From an uncultured bacterium (GTDB lineage Bacteria > Acidobacteriota > HRBIN11 > JAKEFK01), in assembly GCA_963777505.1 (NCBI GenBank), contig CAVZQN010000004.1, positions 416,001-480,000 of the forward strand: a DNA stretch of 64,000 nt. The letters run 5' to 3'. Shown one piece after another: positions 8,207 to 18,054 of this stretch. Each line of letters begins with the position of its first letter. The first letter of the stretch is position 1. Under the pieces are notes generated by a model. It had not been told where the DNA came from and did not search any database. It worked only from the letters and a program-made list of their open reading frames with translations. The position numbers were made by a program, and so were the translations under genes.

Positions 8207-10804
8207 ATGAACCGGAAAGCAATTCTTTTTGCGCTGCTTGCGGCTACATTGCTATATCGTGGATCTTTTTTCTTTGAAATTTTTGCACGCAACAGTATTT
8301 TCGCCGGAATTCAATGGTCCATTAAGAACCAGACTCTTGTTGCGAAAAAAATAAAACAGACGGATCCATTTGGACGTCCTACGGCTGCAGGTTGGGCGGG
8401 CATTCAGGTTGGAGACCAGATCGTTGAGATCAAAGAATCGAATGGAAATTCGTTTCCTATTCGAAGTCTGAATGATTTTGGTGATGCGATCAGAAAGGTA
8501 CGCGACACCCATGCGCCATCATTCGTTGTTCTTCGAAAAAATCCTTCTGGCATAGATGAACGGATCGAGTTGGTAATCAAATCGCGGCCGGCTGGTGTGC
8601 AAGATCTGAAAGCGTCTTTGCTCACAATTTTCTGGACATCACTTTTACCTCTGGTAGCAATTGTCACTGCCTTTTTCATCGGGTTCAGCAAGCCACAAGA
8701 GAATCATGCATTTCTTGCCAGCCTTTTATTTTTAAGTTTTTCAGCAATCATAACAATCGATATTTATTTGCTTCCGCCAGGCTTACGCGAATTCAGCCGT
8801 TTGTACGAAACGGCATGCATCATTTTCCTGCCTTATCTATTCATGAGATTTTTTCTTCTGTTTCCATCCTCATCATGGATTGAACGCAAATTCCCATGGC
8901 TTAAAACCGCCTTTCTTATATTTACTACACTCTTGTTGATCGTAAGGCTTTTCTCTGAATATTTCCTTCACACTTCGTTTGAACGCTATGCGGAATTTCA
9001 GGAAGCAATCGCGCCGGTCTGGCCAGTATTGAATGTTGGGTGGTTCTCAATGCTGGGAATCGGGGTCATTTCATTGTTAATGAATACTTTTCGCCGGCAG
9101 AGTTTAGATGAAAGGCGGAAGATGCTGATTCTTTTATCAGGTGTTGCCTTGGGAGTTCTTCTTCCCGGTGCGCTGATTCTGTTCATGATTCGCACTGGCT
9201 CTAATTCCATTTTCTTGTTTAGTGCGATCGCTCTATGTGTCACTGCATTTCCTGCGGCCTTTGCGTATGTTGTGATCCGGCATCGTGTGCTTGGAATTCA
9301 GTTGCTATTGCGAAGAGGATTGCAATACCTGCTGATCTCCCGCACATTTTGGATTCTTGAGGCGATTATAATTTTCCTGATTTTGTATTTTGTTGTACTG
9401 CCTGTGTTGATGCCGCTGGTTCCAGGGATTCCCGCTTTTTTGCGTCTGATTCTAGTTGGTGCGCTGACATTGTTGGCCTACTACGGAATTCGTAGGATCA
9501 ATCGGCCGATTATGGAATCGCTCGACAAACGTTTCTTCCGTCAAGCGTACGATGCCCGCGAAATTTTAACCGATCTGAGTCATGCTGTCGGACGTTTCGC
9601 AGCGAGCCCGGCTCAACTTCTTGAACTTGTGACTGACAAAATTTCCCGCTCTTTGCATCCCGATCCTGTAGCAGTTTTCCTCAAGGGTTACGATATTGCT
9701 CCGGATGAAGAAGGAAAAGCCCGCCTTTACCGGATGAAAGAAGATCGTTACTTCTGTGTCTGGATTCAAAAAGGAACACAGACTCCTGCATCTTCCGAAT
9801 ACAAATTGCCTCAAGACGCATTTATTTCGCAACAACTTGAAAAACTTCAAGAACCACAAGCCATGGAAGTTGATCTGGATGATTCCGATCTCCATACAAG
9901 GCTCCTTTTACCTTTATATATGGAAGGAAGATCTATTGGATTCTTCAGCCTTGGAGAAAAACTTTCAGAAGAGCCTTACTCGTCTGAAGATAAAAATTTG
10001 CTTTTAACGGTTGCACAACAAACAGCCATTGCTTTGCATTACTCGAAGCTCATCATGGAAGTGGCGGATCAAGAAAAAACGAAGCGTGAAATTGAAATCG
10101 CAAAACAGGTGCAAGCCCAATTGTTTCCACAAATTTTTCCACCAGTTTTGAATCTTGACTACACCGGATATTGCAGAGCCGCACGAAGTATTGGTGGGGA
10201 CTATTATGACTTCTTAAATCTTGGGCATAACATTCTGGGAATCGGTCTCGGAGATATTTCAGGAAAAGGAATTTCTGCAGCTTTATTAATGTCATCACTT
10301 CAGGCACTTCTGCGCAGCAATGCGCCGGAAAAAGGAAATGCTCTTGATCATTTATTTCAAAAGATGAATGTCCTTCTTTGCAGCTCCGCTTCAAAAGGAA
10401 AGTATGCAACATTTTTTTATTGTGTTTTCGACGGCGAGCATCGATCTATTGTTTATGTAAATGCAGGACACTTACCTCCAATGGTTTTTCGCAAGAATGG
10501 TGATGTGTTGCGTTTGAAAACCGGGGGAATGGTTTTAGGCATGCTTCCGGAAGTCACTTACTCAAAGGAACAGGTTGAATTACGCAGCGGAGATGTGCTT
10601 GTAATTTTTTCAGATGGCGCTTCTGAAGCGATGAATATCAATGATGAAGAGTTCGGTGAGGAGAGACTGATTGAACTTGTAAAGCCAAACCTTGAGAAGT
10701 CATCGGTTGAGATCAAAGACTTGATTCTAGCGGGCATAGAAAAGTTTGTCGGCCACGCTGATCAACATGACGACCTCACACTTGTGGTAGCCTGTGTAAC
10801 CTAA
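8207..10804 (+). CDS. Membrane-bound SpoIIE/RsbU-type PP2C phosphatase with PDZ-like and GAF-like domains
   Basis: AGIQVGDQIVEI (PDZ), many TMs, LGEKLSEEPYSSED (GAF), IGGDYYDF, GDISGKG, FSDG, DDLT. Confidence 0.85.
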   Translation: MNRKAILFALLAATLLYRGSFFFEIFARNSIFAGIQWSIKNQTLVAKKIKQTDPFGRPTAAGWAGIQVGDQIVEIKESNGNSFPIRSLNDFGDAIRKVRDTHAPSFVVLRKNPSGIDERIELVIKSRPAGVQDLKASLLTIFWTSLLPLVAIVTAFFIGFSKPQENHAFLASLLFLSFSAIITIDIYLLPPGLREFSRLYETACIIFLPYLFMRFFLLFPSSSWIERKFPWLKTAFLIFTTLLLIVRLFSEYFLHTSFERYAEFQEAIAPVWPVLNVGWFSMLGIGVISLLMNTFRRQSLDERRKMLILLSGVALGVLLPGALILFMIRTGSNSIFLFSAIALCVTAFPAAFAYVVIRHRVLGIQLLLRRGLQYLLISRTFWILEAIIIFLILYFVVLPVLMPLVPGIPAFLRLILVGALTLLAYYGIRRINRPIMESLDKRFFRQAYDAREILTDLSHAVGRFAASPAQLLELVTDKISRSLHPDPVAVFLKGYDIAPDEEGKARLYRMKEDRYFCVWIQKGTQTPASSEYKLPQDAFISQQLEKLQEPQAMEVDLDDSDLHTRLLLPLYMEGRSIGFFSLGEKLSEEPYSSEDKNLLLTVAQQTAIALHYSKLIMEVADQEKTKREIEIAKQVQAQLFPQIFPPVLNLDYTGYCRAARSIGGDYYDFLNLGHNILGIGLGDISGKGISAALLMSSLQALLRSNAPEKGNALDHLFQKMNVLLCSSASKGKYATFFYCVFDGEHRSIVYVNAGHLPPMVFRKNGDVLRLKTGGMVLGMLPEVTYSKEQVELRSGDVLVIFSDGASEAMNINDEEFGEERLIELVKPNLEKSSVEIKDLILAGIEKFVGHADQHDDLTLVVACVT

Positions 10805-10817
10805 GGAATATTTTCGG

Positions 10818-10928
10818 ATTCTCCCCCCTTGGATAAGGGGGGAGTTAGAGGGGGGTTGATAGAGTTTCGTATTTGGAAATTCTTTTTCAACCCCCTCCTA
10901 ACCTCCCCCTTATCTAAGGGGGAGGAAC
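10818..10928. repeat. REP-like palindromic doublet, family A copy 2
   Basis: Near reverse complement of 4773-4882. Confidence 0.8.
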
Positions 10929-10968
10929 AGGATTATTCTCTTTTAAATTTCTAATAGGGGAAATATCA

Positions 10969-12789
10969 ATGAAATCGATGCCATCAACACCGGAAGTCGC
11001 AAAAAAGATTGCAATCTCTTTGGGCCGCTCTTCATTGTTCCTTGGGATGGACCCAAAATTGTTAGGTGAGATCGCAACTAAAGCAAACCTAGTGCAACTG
11101 GATCCTGGAGAATTTCTAACTCGGGAGGGAGAAACTCCGGATGCTTTCTTTGTGCTGATTAATGGCCAGGCCTCGGTCTTAATCCAACAAAAAGAAAAGA
11201 AAGAAGATGCGGAGATTGCGCAACTTGGCCCGGGAGATACAGCCGGTGAAATTGCCTTACTTCTTTCACAACCATATGGTGCATCTGTAAAGGTAACCAG
11301 TCGTGTTGTTGCTGCACGTTATGATGCAAAGTTTTTTGACAAAATGGCTGAAGAGATTCCAGCTTTCGGAATGATGCTTGCAAAATCAATTGGCATGCGG
11401 TTTCAAAAATTGTTTCGGATGATTCCCGTGCCGGAACACAACATCGAAGACGGCAGTCCTTCGGAACAGATTGTCAAACTTTTGCCGATTGAATTCATGA
11501 GAAGGCATCGAGTTCTTCCAATCAAAAAAGAAGGGAACAATTTAACTCTTGGTTTCGTGGATGAACCCTCCAGTTCCGTTCTTCAGAGTGTCCGAAATTA
11601 TCTAACCGGTATGGAGCTTTTACCGGTTAGAATCGATTCTGCGTTATTCGAATCGACTTTGCGGGCACGTTCCGGCGCCGCTGACAAACCGCAACCCGCA
11701 GCAGTTCAGAAAAAAGAATCCACGCCACTTTCACTGGAACAACTTCTGCGATCGATGATCACGGAAGGAGCATCGGATCTTCATCTTTCGGCAGGACAAC
11801 GTCCCCGGTGGCGAATCGATGGTCAGATGCAGGAAATTGTTGATACACCCATGTTGGAGGCCAACACAGTCTTCGAACTTTTGATTCCTTTGATTGATCG
11901 CCGATTCAAAACGCAGTTTGAGGATACCAACGATACTGATTTTGCTTATACACTTGGAGAAGGAGCCCGATTCCGCGTCAATCTTTTTCGAAATGCGAAT
12001 GGATCTAGCGCTGTCTTTCGTCATATTCCTTTGCAGATTCCAACCCTGGAACAACTCGGCATGCCTGATGTCGTTCGGCGGTTCTGCGAAGAACCAAAAG
12101 GGCTGATTTTGGTTACTGGACCTACTGGCAGCGGAAAATCAACGACTCTCGCAGCAATGGTTGATTTGCTGAATAAAAGCCGGAGAGATCACATCATTAC
12201 ACTGGAAGATCCGATTGAATTTGTTCATCCAAGTCAAAGTGCATTGATCAATCAGCGCGAGGTTGGTGCTCATACGGCATCTTTTGCGCGAGCACTTCGC
12301 GCCGCTTTGCGTGAGGATCCTGATATTGTTCTTGTTGGGGAAATGCGCGATCTTGAAACCATTTCGATGGCTCTGGAAACTGCCAATACAGGACATCTCG
12401 TACTGGGAACACTGCACACATCAACTGCTGTAATGACAGTGGACCGCATTGTTAACCTCTTTCCAGCGGATCAACAAAATCAAATTCGCTCCACACTTTC
12501 TGATGTGCTGCGAGGCGTAATCTGCCAGAATCTCTGCCGGCGTATTGGAGGAGGACGCGTTGCGGCTTTAGAAGTTCTTGTTGTAAATCACGCTGTTTCC
12601 AGTTTGATCCGTGAAGGGAAGACAATACAAATTCCAAATATTATGCAGACAGGAAAGGCGCTGGGGAATCAACTCCTGAATGATTCTCTGGTGAATTTGG
12701 TTCAAACACAAAAAGTAGAATACGAAGAAGCGCTGAGCAAAGCCGTAGACAAAGCAGATATCGCAAAACGTTTGAAGCGTACTCCATAA
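10969..12789 (+). CDS. pilT: PilT/PilU-family type IV pilus ATPase with N-terminal cNMP-binding and T2SSE_N domains
   Basis: Walker A GPTGSGKS, TLEDPIE, Walker B DIVLVGE, His box TGHLVLGTLH, SLIREGK; N-terminal GEFLTREGE..GDTAGEIALL; LLPIEFMRRHRVLPIKKEGNNLTLGFVD. Confidence 0.85.
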   Translation: MKSMPSTPEVAKKIAISLGRSSLFLGMDPKLLGEIATKANLVQLDPGEFLTREGETPDAFFVLINGQASVLIQQKEKKEDAEIAQLGPGDTAGEIALLLSQPYGASVKVTSRVVAARYDAKFFDKMAEEIPAFGMMLAKSIGMRFQKLFRMIPVPEHNIEDGSPSEQIVKLLPIEFMRRHRVLPIKKEGNNLTLGFVDEPSSSVLQSVRNYLTGMELLPVRIDSALFESTLRARSGAADKPQPAAVQKKESTPLSLEQLLRSMITEGASDLHLSAGQRPRWRIDGQMQEIVDTPMLEANTVFELLIPLIDRRFKTQFEDTNDTDFAYTLGEGARFRVNLFRNANGSSAVFRHIPLQIPTLEQLGMPDVVRRFCEEPKGLILVTGPTGSGKSTTLAAMVDLLNKSRRDHIITLEDPIEFVHPSQSALINQREVGAHTASFARALRAALREDPDIVLVGEMRDLETISMALETANTGHLVLGTLHTSTAVMTVDRIVNLFPADQQNQIRSTLSDVLRGVICQNLCRRIGGGRVAALEVLVVNHAVSSLIREGKTIQIPNIMQTGKALGNQLLNDSLVNLVQTQKVEYEEALSKAVDKADIAKRLKRTP

Positions 12790-12800
12790 GAAACAACGGA

Positions 12801-12866
12801 TGCCACGGATTCACACGGATGAACGTGTTTATCCGTGGTTGATTAAATCTGTGTTGATCTGTGGTA
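12801..12866. repeat. Short REP-like repeat between convergent genes
   Basis: CCACGGATTCACACGGAT ... ATCCGTGG ... ATCTGTGTTGATCTGTGG inverted pairing. Confidence 0.55.
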
Positions 12867-12877
12867 AAAAATGAAAT

Positions 12878-13381
12878 CTACTTTTTTCCTGGCGGGAAAT
12901 CTGCAAACATTTTTGCGACTGCCTTGGTGATGGTCGTCTGCATCTTCGCCAGATCGGTTTTCACAGTATCCTGAGCTGTACCTCTCCAGACCAGAGCATT
13001 TTTCGCAGAACCTACAAGATCCACTACTAAAGTGCCGACCTTAACTGGTTCGTGTTTCTTTTTCTGATCTCCCCATTCGCCCACAGAATAGCCCGCTTGA
13101 TCTGCTTTCACTTCCGTTTCTGTTGAGCCATGATAAGTCACAAATAGATCGGGAGCTTTATCGGTTTTTGTGAAGCCTTTCGCGATCAATTGTTTTTCGA
13201 TTTCTGCAATGATCATCTTGTTAACTTCTGGCCGGGTTGCTGGCGTTCCTGGTTTCCAGTTAAATGTCTTTAAGTAAGGAAAATGGATCCGTGGATCAAA
13301 TTCAACATCTACAGTTTGTCCAAAAACAATATTAGGAAACACAGCTAAGAGAAATAAAACTATCAGTTTGTACATCCTCAC
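12878..13381 (-). CDS. DUF4136 domain exported protein
   Basis: Signal peptide; YLKTFNW, IEKQLIAKGF, GTLVVDLV..LVWRGTA, AVAKMFADFPP. Confidence 0.8.
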   Translation of the reverse strand: MRMYKLIVLFLLAVFPNIVFGQTVDVEFDPRIHFPYLKTFNWKPGTPATRPEVNKMIIAEIEKQLIAKGFTKTDKAPDLFVTYHGSTETEVKADQAGYSVGEWGDQKKKHEPVKVGTLVVDLVGSAKNALVWRGTAQDTVKTDLAKMQTTITKAVAKMFADFPPGKK

Positions 13382-13397
13382 GATACCTCCTGTGAGA

Positions 13398-14888
13398 TCA
13401 TTTGCTTGTCATAGAAAAGATGGATGCTTTCCACGGTGATTCATCCATATATAGTCCACGCGCATGTAGATCGTTGCCATCACGCTCGTAAACTGCAGTA
13501 CCGAGCAAATCCTGAAGACGCCAATTTCTGTCAGCGATTTCCGGGAATGGCAGCCGGACGTAACACTGACTCTGGTTAGGAGCATAGTTGACTACGGTGA
13601 GCAGTTTTCTTCCATTCTCTCCCTGCCATGCGAAGGCCACAAAACAATCCCATGTCCAGTTTCCTTCCCAGGCAGGTACACATCCAAGTAATTGCCAGTC
13701 ACCCTGACGAACAATAGGCTCACGCAGTACTGCAAGCAACCGCTCATAAAATTGCTTGAGTGTTTCATCGACATCTTCTTCTGGTGCTCGAACAAGATGA
13801 GGCGAGATACGCTTCTTTCGGCCTTCGAACTGACCTTGATGAAAGAAACGCAATCCAGAAGACAGAAAAGTGATGACGGCGGCAGCTTGATGAACATCCG
13901 GAGAAAAAGTAGTGGCCGCACGCGGCTCATCATGATTTTCCAGAAAGCGAGCCATCTTCTTTTGATAATCAAGGCCAGCGTGGAAGTGTTCACGCACAGG
14001 TTTCGAATGACCTTCGCGCAAGCGATCATAAAGGCGTTTGTCGTATGTGTAATCGAATCCTTGTTGTTGAAGGTCCCATTCGAGGTCCCAATAAACTTCA
14101 GCCATGAAAGTGAAATCCTTTACTTGCTCTCGCACGAGCTCTGTAGCTTTCGGCCAGAATGGCTGAGGTGTAATCCCCCATGTTCGTTTAAACACTTCGG
14201 GCAATATCAGCATCGCCATATCGCAGCGCACACCGTCACACTGTCCTGCAATTTTCAGAAGTTCCGTGATCATTGCTTCCTGTGTGGCTGAGTTGCCGTA
14301 GTTGAGTTGAAGAGTGTCGGGCCAACCGGGAAAATATGGATCGCGTCCATGAGCAAATATCATGCGATCCTTAACGCGATTAACGTAAGTGAAGTTTTTG
14401 GGTTCTCGCGAAAGATCTTCTTCAGTTCCGGCGATAAAAAATTCGGGATGTTCCTCCACCCAGGGGTGATCCATGCCAGTGTGGTTTGGAACAAAATCGA
14501 GCATCAATTTTAGGCCGCGCTTTTTAAGTCGTTTGCGTAGTTTAGCTAGAGCCGCGTCTCCACCTAAAGCTTGATGAACTGTATAACCTGTGATCGCAAA
14601 TCCAGATCCTTCAATGTCTTCTTCACGAAGGTCTGACAATGTCTCTTCGAATTCTTTGCGCCATTCCGGATCGGTGCGCGATACGCGCTGCCCTGCCAGA
14701 CCAGTCTGCCATACACTCAGTAACCAGACCCAGTCAAAACCTCTTTCTTTAACAAGATCTAACTCGGAATCGGGAATGTCATCTAAAGTCGCGGTCCGGC
14801 CCAACTCTCGCGACAATTGTGTGAGCAATACACGCGTATTCATTTGGTAGAGCAACGGATGTTGATTGGTTTTAATCTTCTTTGGCAT
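13398..14888 (-). CDS. Alpha-amylase family (GH13) glycoside hydrolase
   Basis: LMLDFVPNH, DGVRCDMAM, FMAEVYW, FLENHDEPR conserved regions. Confidence 0.9.
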   Translation of the reverse strand: MPKKIKTNQHPLLYQMNTRVLLTQLSRELGRTATLDDIPDSELDLVKERGFDWVWLLSVWQTGLAGQRVSRTDPEWRKEFEETLSDLREEDIEGSGFAITGYTVHQALGGDAALAKLRKRLKKRGLKLMLDFVPNHTGMDHPWVEEHPEFFIAGTEEDLSREPKNFTYVNRVKDRMIFAHGRDPYFPGWPDTLQLNYGNSATQEAMITELLKIAGQCDGVRCDMAMLILPEVFKRTWGITPQPFWPKATELVREQVKDFTFMAEVYWDLEWDLQQQGFDYTYDKRLYDRLREGHSKPVREHFHAGLDYQKKMARFLENHDEPRAATTFSPDVHQAAAVITFLSSGLRFFHQGQFEGRKKRISPHLVRAPEEDVDETLKQFYERLLAVLREPIVRQGDWQLLGCVPAWEGNWTWDCFVAFAWQGENGRKLLTVVNYAPNQSQCYVRLPFPEIADRNWRLQDLLGTAVYERDGNDLHARGLYMDESPWKASIFSMTSK

Positions 14889-14902
14889 TATTCAGGCCTT
14901 CA

Positions 14903-17641
14903 TTACTTTTTTACTGACTGCTCTCCGGTCACTTGTTCCCTCATGATTCGCGCCATAAGGATCTCGCGTTCAGTGTCCAGCAGATACTTAGCGTCAACAC
15001 GGCCAAAAAAATCCATCAGTGGAGCGACAAGACTAGTCCATCCGGTTTGGTGACTTGCCCCAAGCCCAGCCCCGTTGTCGCCATGAAAATATTCATAAAA
15101 TAGGATCAAATCGCGCCAATGAGGATCTTCCTGAAACTTGGATGTACCTCCATAGACCGGACGTTTTCCATTAGCATCTCTCAGGAAGATGCCTGCTAAG
15201 CGCCGCGAGATTTCCTTCGACACTTCAAACAACGTCATGTATTTGCCGGAACCAGTCGGACATTGCACTTTGAAATCGTCGCCATAAAAAGAGTAAAGGT
15301 TCACCAACGCTCGGATGATCAGAATATTCACCGGCATCCATACTGGACCACGCCAATTAGAATTTCCTCCGAACATTCCTGTATTCGATTCCGCCGGCAG
15401 ATACTGTACCTTGAACTCCTCATGTCCAACCCAAAACGTAAATGGATGATCAAGGTGGTATTTTGAAAGTGACCGAATTCCATGTGGCCCCAAGAACTCA
15501 TTTTCATCAAGTAAGTAACCAAGCACACGCTCCAGTTTTTTCTTGTTGAGAATTGACAAGAGGCGTCTTCCTTTGTATCCAATGAAACCTGTGTCCGTCG
15601 GCATCACTTGGGAGGCTAACTGTGGATGACGTTTCCGGAAAAGGTCGATCATTTCCAGCAGTTTTGGATGTTGTGTCAGGATATCCTGGTGGAATACAGT
15701 AGATGCACAAAGTGGAAGAAGACCCACCATCGATCTCACTTTCAAACGGACCGGCTGACTGTTTGGTGCCCGCAGCAGATCATAGAAGAAACCATCCTGT
15801 TCATCCCACATTTCATCGTGATTCTCACCGATGCGGTCCATTGCATAAGAAATCCAAAGGAAATGCTGTATGAACTTGAAAGCGATTTCTTCATACATCG
15901 CGTCATAATCGCTTAAAATAACTGACATCTCCAACATGCACTGGCAATAAAACGCCATCCACGCCGTACCATCCGCCTGCTCAAGCGATCCACCTGTTGG
16001 AAGTTGCGAACTACGGTCGAATACTCCAATGTTATCCAGACCAAGAAAGCCACCGGCGAAAACATTGCGGCCAGACGGATCCTTCCGGTTCACCCACCAA
16101 TTAAAATTGAGCATCAATCCCTGAAAGGATCGTTCCAGAAAGCGGATGTCTGCCCTGCCTAGCGTTTGCTCCATCTTATACAGGTAGATTGTTGCCCATG
16201 CATGAACCGGTGGATTTACATCGCTAAAGTTCCATTCGTAAGCGGGAATTTGTCCATTGGGATGGAAATAGAGACCGCGCAACATGAGCAGCAATTGCTC
16301 TTTGGCAAAATCGAAGTCGACCAATGCAAGACTGATAGTATGAAACGCAAGGTCCCATGCTGCATACCATGGGTATTCCCATTTGTCCGGCATCGAGATG
16401 ACATCCGCATTCAACATGTGAAACCATTCCGTATTGCGAACATCGCTGCGGGCAGATTCCAACAGGGGATGACTTTTGTGTTCACTTAACCACTTCTCCA
16501 GATCGAAGTAGTAGAACTGCTTGCCCCACATCATACCCGCTAGCGCCTGCCGATGGACTCGTCGTTCATCTTCAGTCAGCGATTGCGGCGTAATCCGCGT
16601 ATAAAATTCGTCTGCGTCCGCAATCCCGTTTTTAAATGCCTTCTCAAAACTGCCAAAAGGATCGCTTGCTTTCGACTTGGTCAGACGCAGACGGATCGTT
16701 TTGCTTCCACCTGCAGGCACATTAAGCACATAGTGCGCCGCAGCTTTGGTTCCAACCTTGTTGGGATTTACTGCTCCTTTCTCTCCGGAAATGATGTAGC
16801 GGTGAAATGCATCCTTTACATAAGGAGATATATTGGGCTGATTCCATAAACTCTGTGCATTACTTTCGTTTTCAGTAAATAGAAGTTCCGGCGCTTCATC
16901 GCAATACAACGAGTATTCGCCAAGCTCATGATGTGATGTGGAGATCATGCCCGGCGCCTGTTCACGAATCGACGGCTTTGGATCACCATTGCCCCAGGAC
17001 CATGTGTTCCTGAACAAAAGTGTGGGTAACACACGAAGCCGTGCGGCTTCCGGTCCACGGTTGTGAACGGTTACACGAATCAGGATGTCTTCTGGTTCTT
17101 GCTTGGTGTACTCAACGAACACGTCAAAGTAACGATTGTCATCAAATATGCCTGTATCAAGCAACTCATATTCGAACTCCTCTCGCGATCGCCGATTTTT
17201 TTCAAGAAGGTTTTGATATGGAAATTCACGCTGCGGATACTTGTATAAATACTTCATGTACGAGTGCGTAGGAGTACTATCGATGTAAAAGTAATACTCT
17301 TTGACGTCTTCACCATGGTTCCCTTCACTGTTGGTTAGACCGTAAAGGCGTTCTTTCAGAATTGGATCCTTTTCGTTCCACATCGCGAGTGAAAAACAGA
17401 GCTTTTGCTTGTCATCCGAAATTCCGCCCAATCCATCTTCACCCCATCGATATGCACGCGAGCGCGACTGCTCATGCGAGAAATAGTCCCAGGCATTGCC
17501 GTTCTCACTATAGTCTTCGCGAACTGTTCCCCACTGCCTTTCGCTAAGATAAGGACCCCATTTCTTCCAGGGGATTCCTTTCTCACGCGCATCATTTAAC
17601 CGCTTTTGTTCTACTACATCGATAGATTTTGGGTCAGCCAT
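14903..17641 (-). CDS. MGH1-like/GH63 glucosidase
   Basis: WGPYLSERQWGTVREDYS, MPDKWEYPWYAAWDLAFH, GFLGLDNIGVFDR, EYFHGDNGAGLGASHQTGWT. Confidence 0.9.
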   Translation of the reverse strand: MADPKSIDVVEQKRLNDAREKGIPWKKWGPYLSERQWGTVREDYSENGNAWDYFSHEQSRSRAYRWGEDGLGGISDDKQKLCFSLAMWNEKDPILKERLYGLTNSEGNHGEDVKEYYFYIDSTPTHSYMKYLYKYPQREFPYQNLLEKNRRSREEFEYELLDTGIFDDNRYFDVFVEYTKQEPEDILIRVTVHNRGPEAARLRVLPTLLFRNTWSWGNGDPKPSIREQAPGMISTSHHELGEYSLYCDEAPELLFTENESNAQSLWNQPNISPYVKDAFHRYIISGEKGAVNPNKVGTKAAAHYVLNVPAGGSKTIRLRLTKSKASDPFGSFEKAFKNGIADADEFYTRITPQSLTEDERRVHRQALAGMMWGKQFYYFDLEKWLSEHKSHPLLESARSDVRNTEWFHMLNADVISMPDKWEYPWYAAWDLAFHTISLALVDFDFAKEQLLLMLRGLYFHPNGQIPAYEWNFSDVNPPVHAWATIYLYKMEQTLGRADIRFLERSFQGLMLNFNWWVNRKDPSGRNVFAGGFLGLDNIGVFDRSSQLPTGGSLEQADGTAWMAFYCQCMLEMSVILSDYDAMYEEIAFKFIQHFLWISYAMDRIGENHDEMWDEQDGFFYDLLRAPNSQPVRLKVRSMVGLLPLCASTVFHQDILTQHPKLLEMIDLFRKRHPQLASQVMPTDTGFIGYKGRRLLSILNKKKLERVLGYLLDENEFLGPHGIRSLSKYHLDHPFTFWVGHEEFKVQYLPAESNTGMFGGNSNWRGPVWMPVNILIIRALVNLYSFYGDDFKVQCPTGSGKYMTLFEVSKEISRRLAGIFLRDANGKRPVYGGTSKFQEDPHWRDLILFYEYFHGDNGAGLGASHQTGWTSLVAPLMDFFGRVDAKYLLDTEREILMARIMREQVTGEQSVKK

Positions 17642-17703
17642 GATTCCTCCAATTTTTCCGAAGACACTTCTTGAATTTTAGGTGAAGTATTTTGCTACTG
17701 ATG

Positions 17704-17719
17704 TGCAAGTCTGAGGCCA
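17704..17719 (-). promoter_or_regulatory. sigma-54 -24/-12 promoter of the glucosidase-amylase operon
   Basis: Minus strand TGGCCTCAGACTTGCA, GG-N10-GC. Confidence 0.65.
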
Positions 17720-17817
17720 GAATATGAAATGACATCAGGGAGCGTGCTAACTATTTTAATTCTAATAGCTTGGCTACTATCAAAACGCCACGAATGTATT
17801 CCGGATAATTAACTTGA

Positions 17818-17853
17818 CCACGGGATAGAGTAGCAGCCTCCGCTATTACGGAG
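17818..17853. promoter_or_regulatory. Double-box candidate enhancer motif, copy 3
   Basis: CCACG-ggatag-AGTAG cagc CTCCG-ctatta-CGGAG, between divergent sigma-54 promoters. Confidence 0.7.
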
Positions 17854-17915
17854 GTTGCTAATACAATAAAACCAGCATCTCTTGCGGCATCCTCGAGGAA
17901 CATTTTTTGATTTCA

Positions 17916-17931
17916 TGGCACATTAGTTGCT
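17916..17931 (+). promoter_or_regulatory. sigma-54 -24/-12 promoter
   Basis: TGGCACATTAGTTGCT, near consensus TGGCAC-N5-TTGC. Confidence 0.75.
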
Positions 17932-17949
17932 CTCTCAGGAGGCCAGGTT

Positions 17950-18036
17950 ATGATCTCACTAAAGCCTTCCGTCAATTGGCTTTTGATTTTTATACCCATC
18001 ACACTCGCACTTGAATACGTAAGCACACTTACGTGA
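17950..18036 (+). pseudogene. 28-codon ORF resembling the N-terminus of a Ca2+/H+ exchanger (CAX/ChaA)
   Basis: MISLKPSVNWLLIFIPITLALEYVSTLT*; CAGGAGG upstream; NWLLxFxPxxxxLE recalls the first TM of CAX proteins (recognition from memory). Confidence 0.45.
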
Positions 18037-18054
18037 TACAAATAAAAGGAAGCA

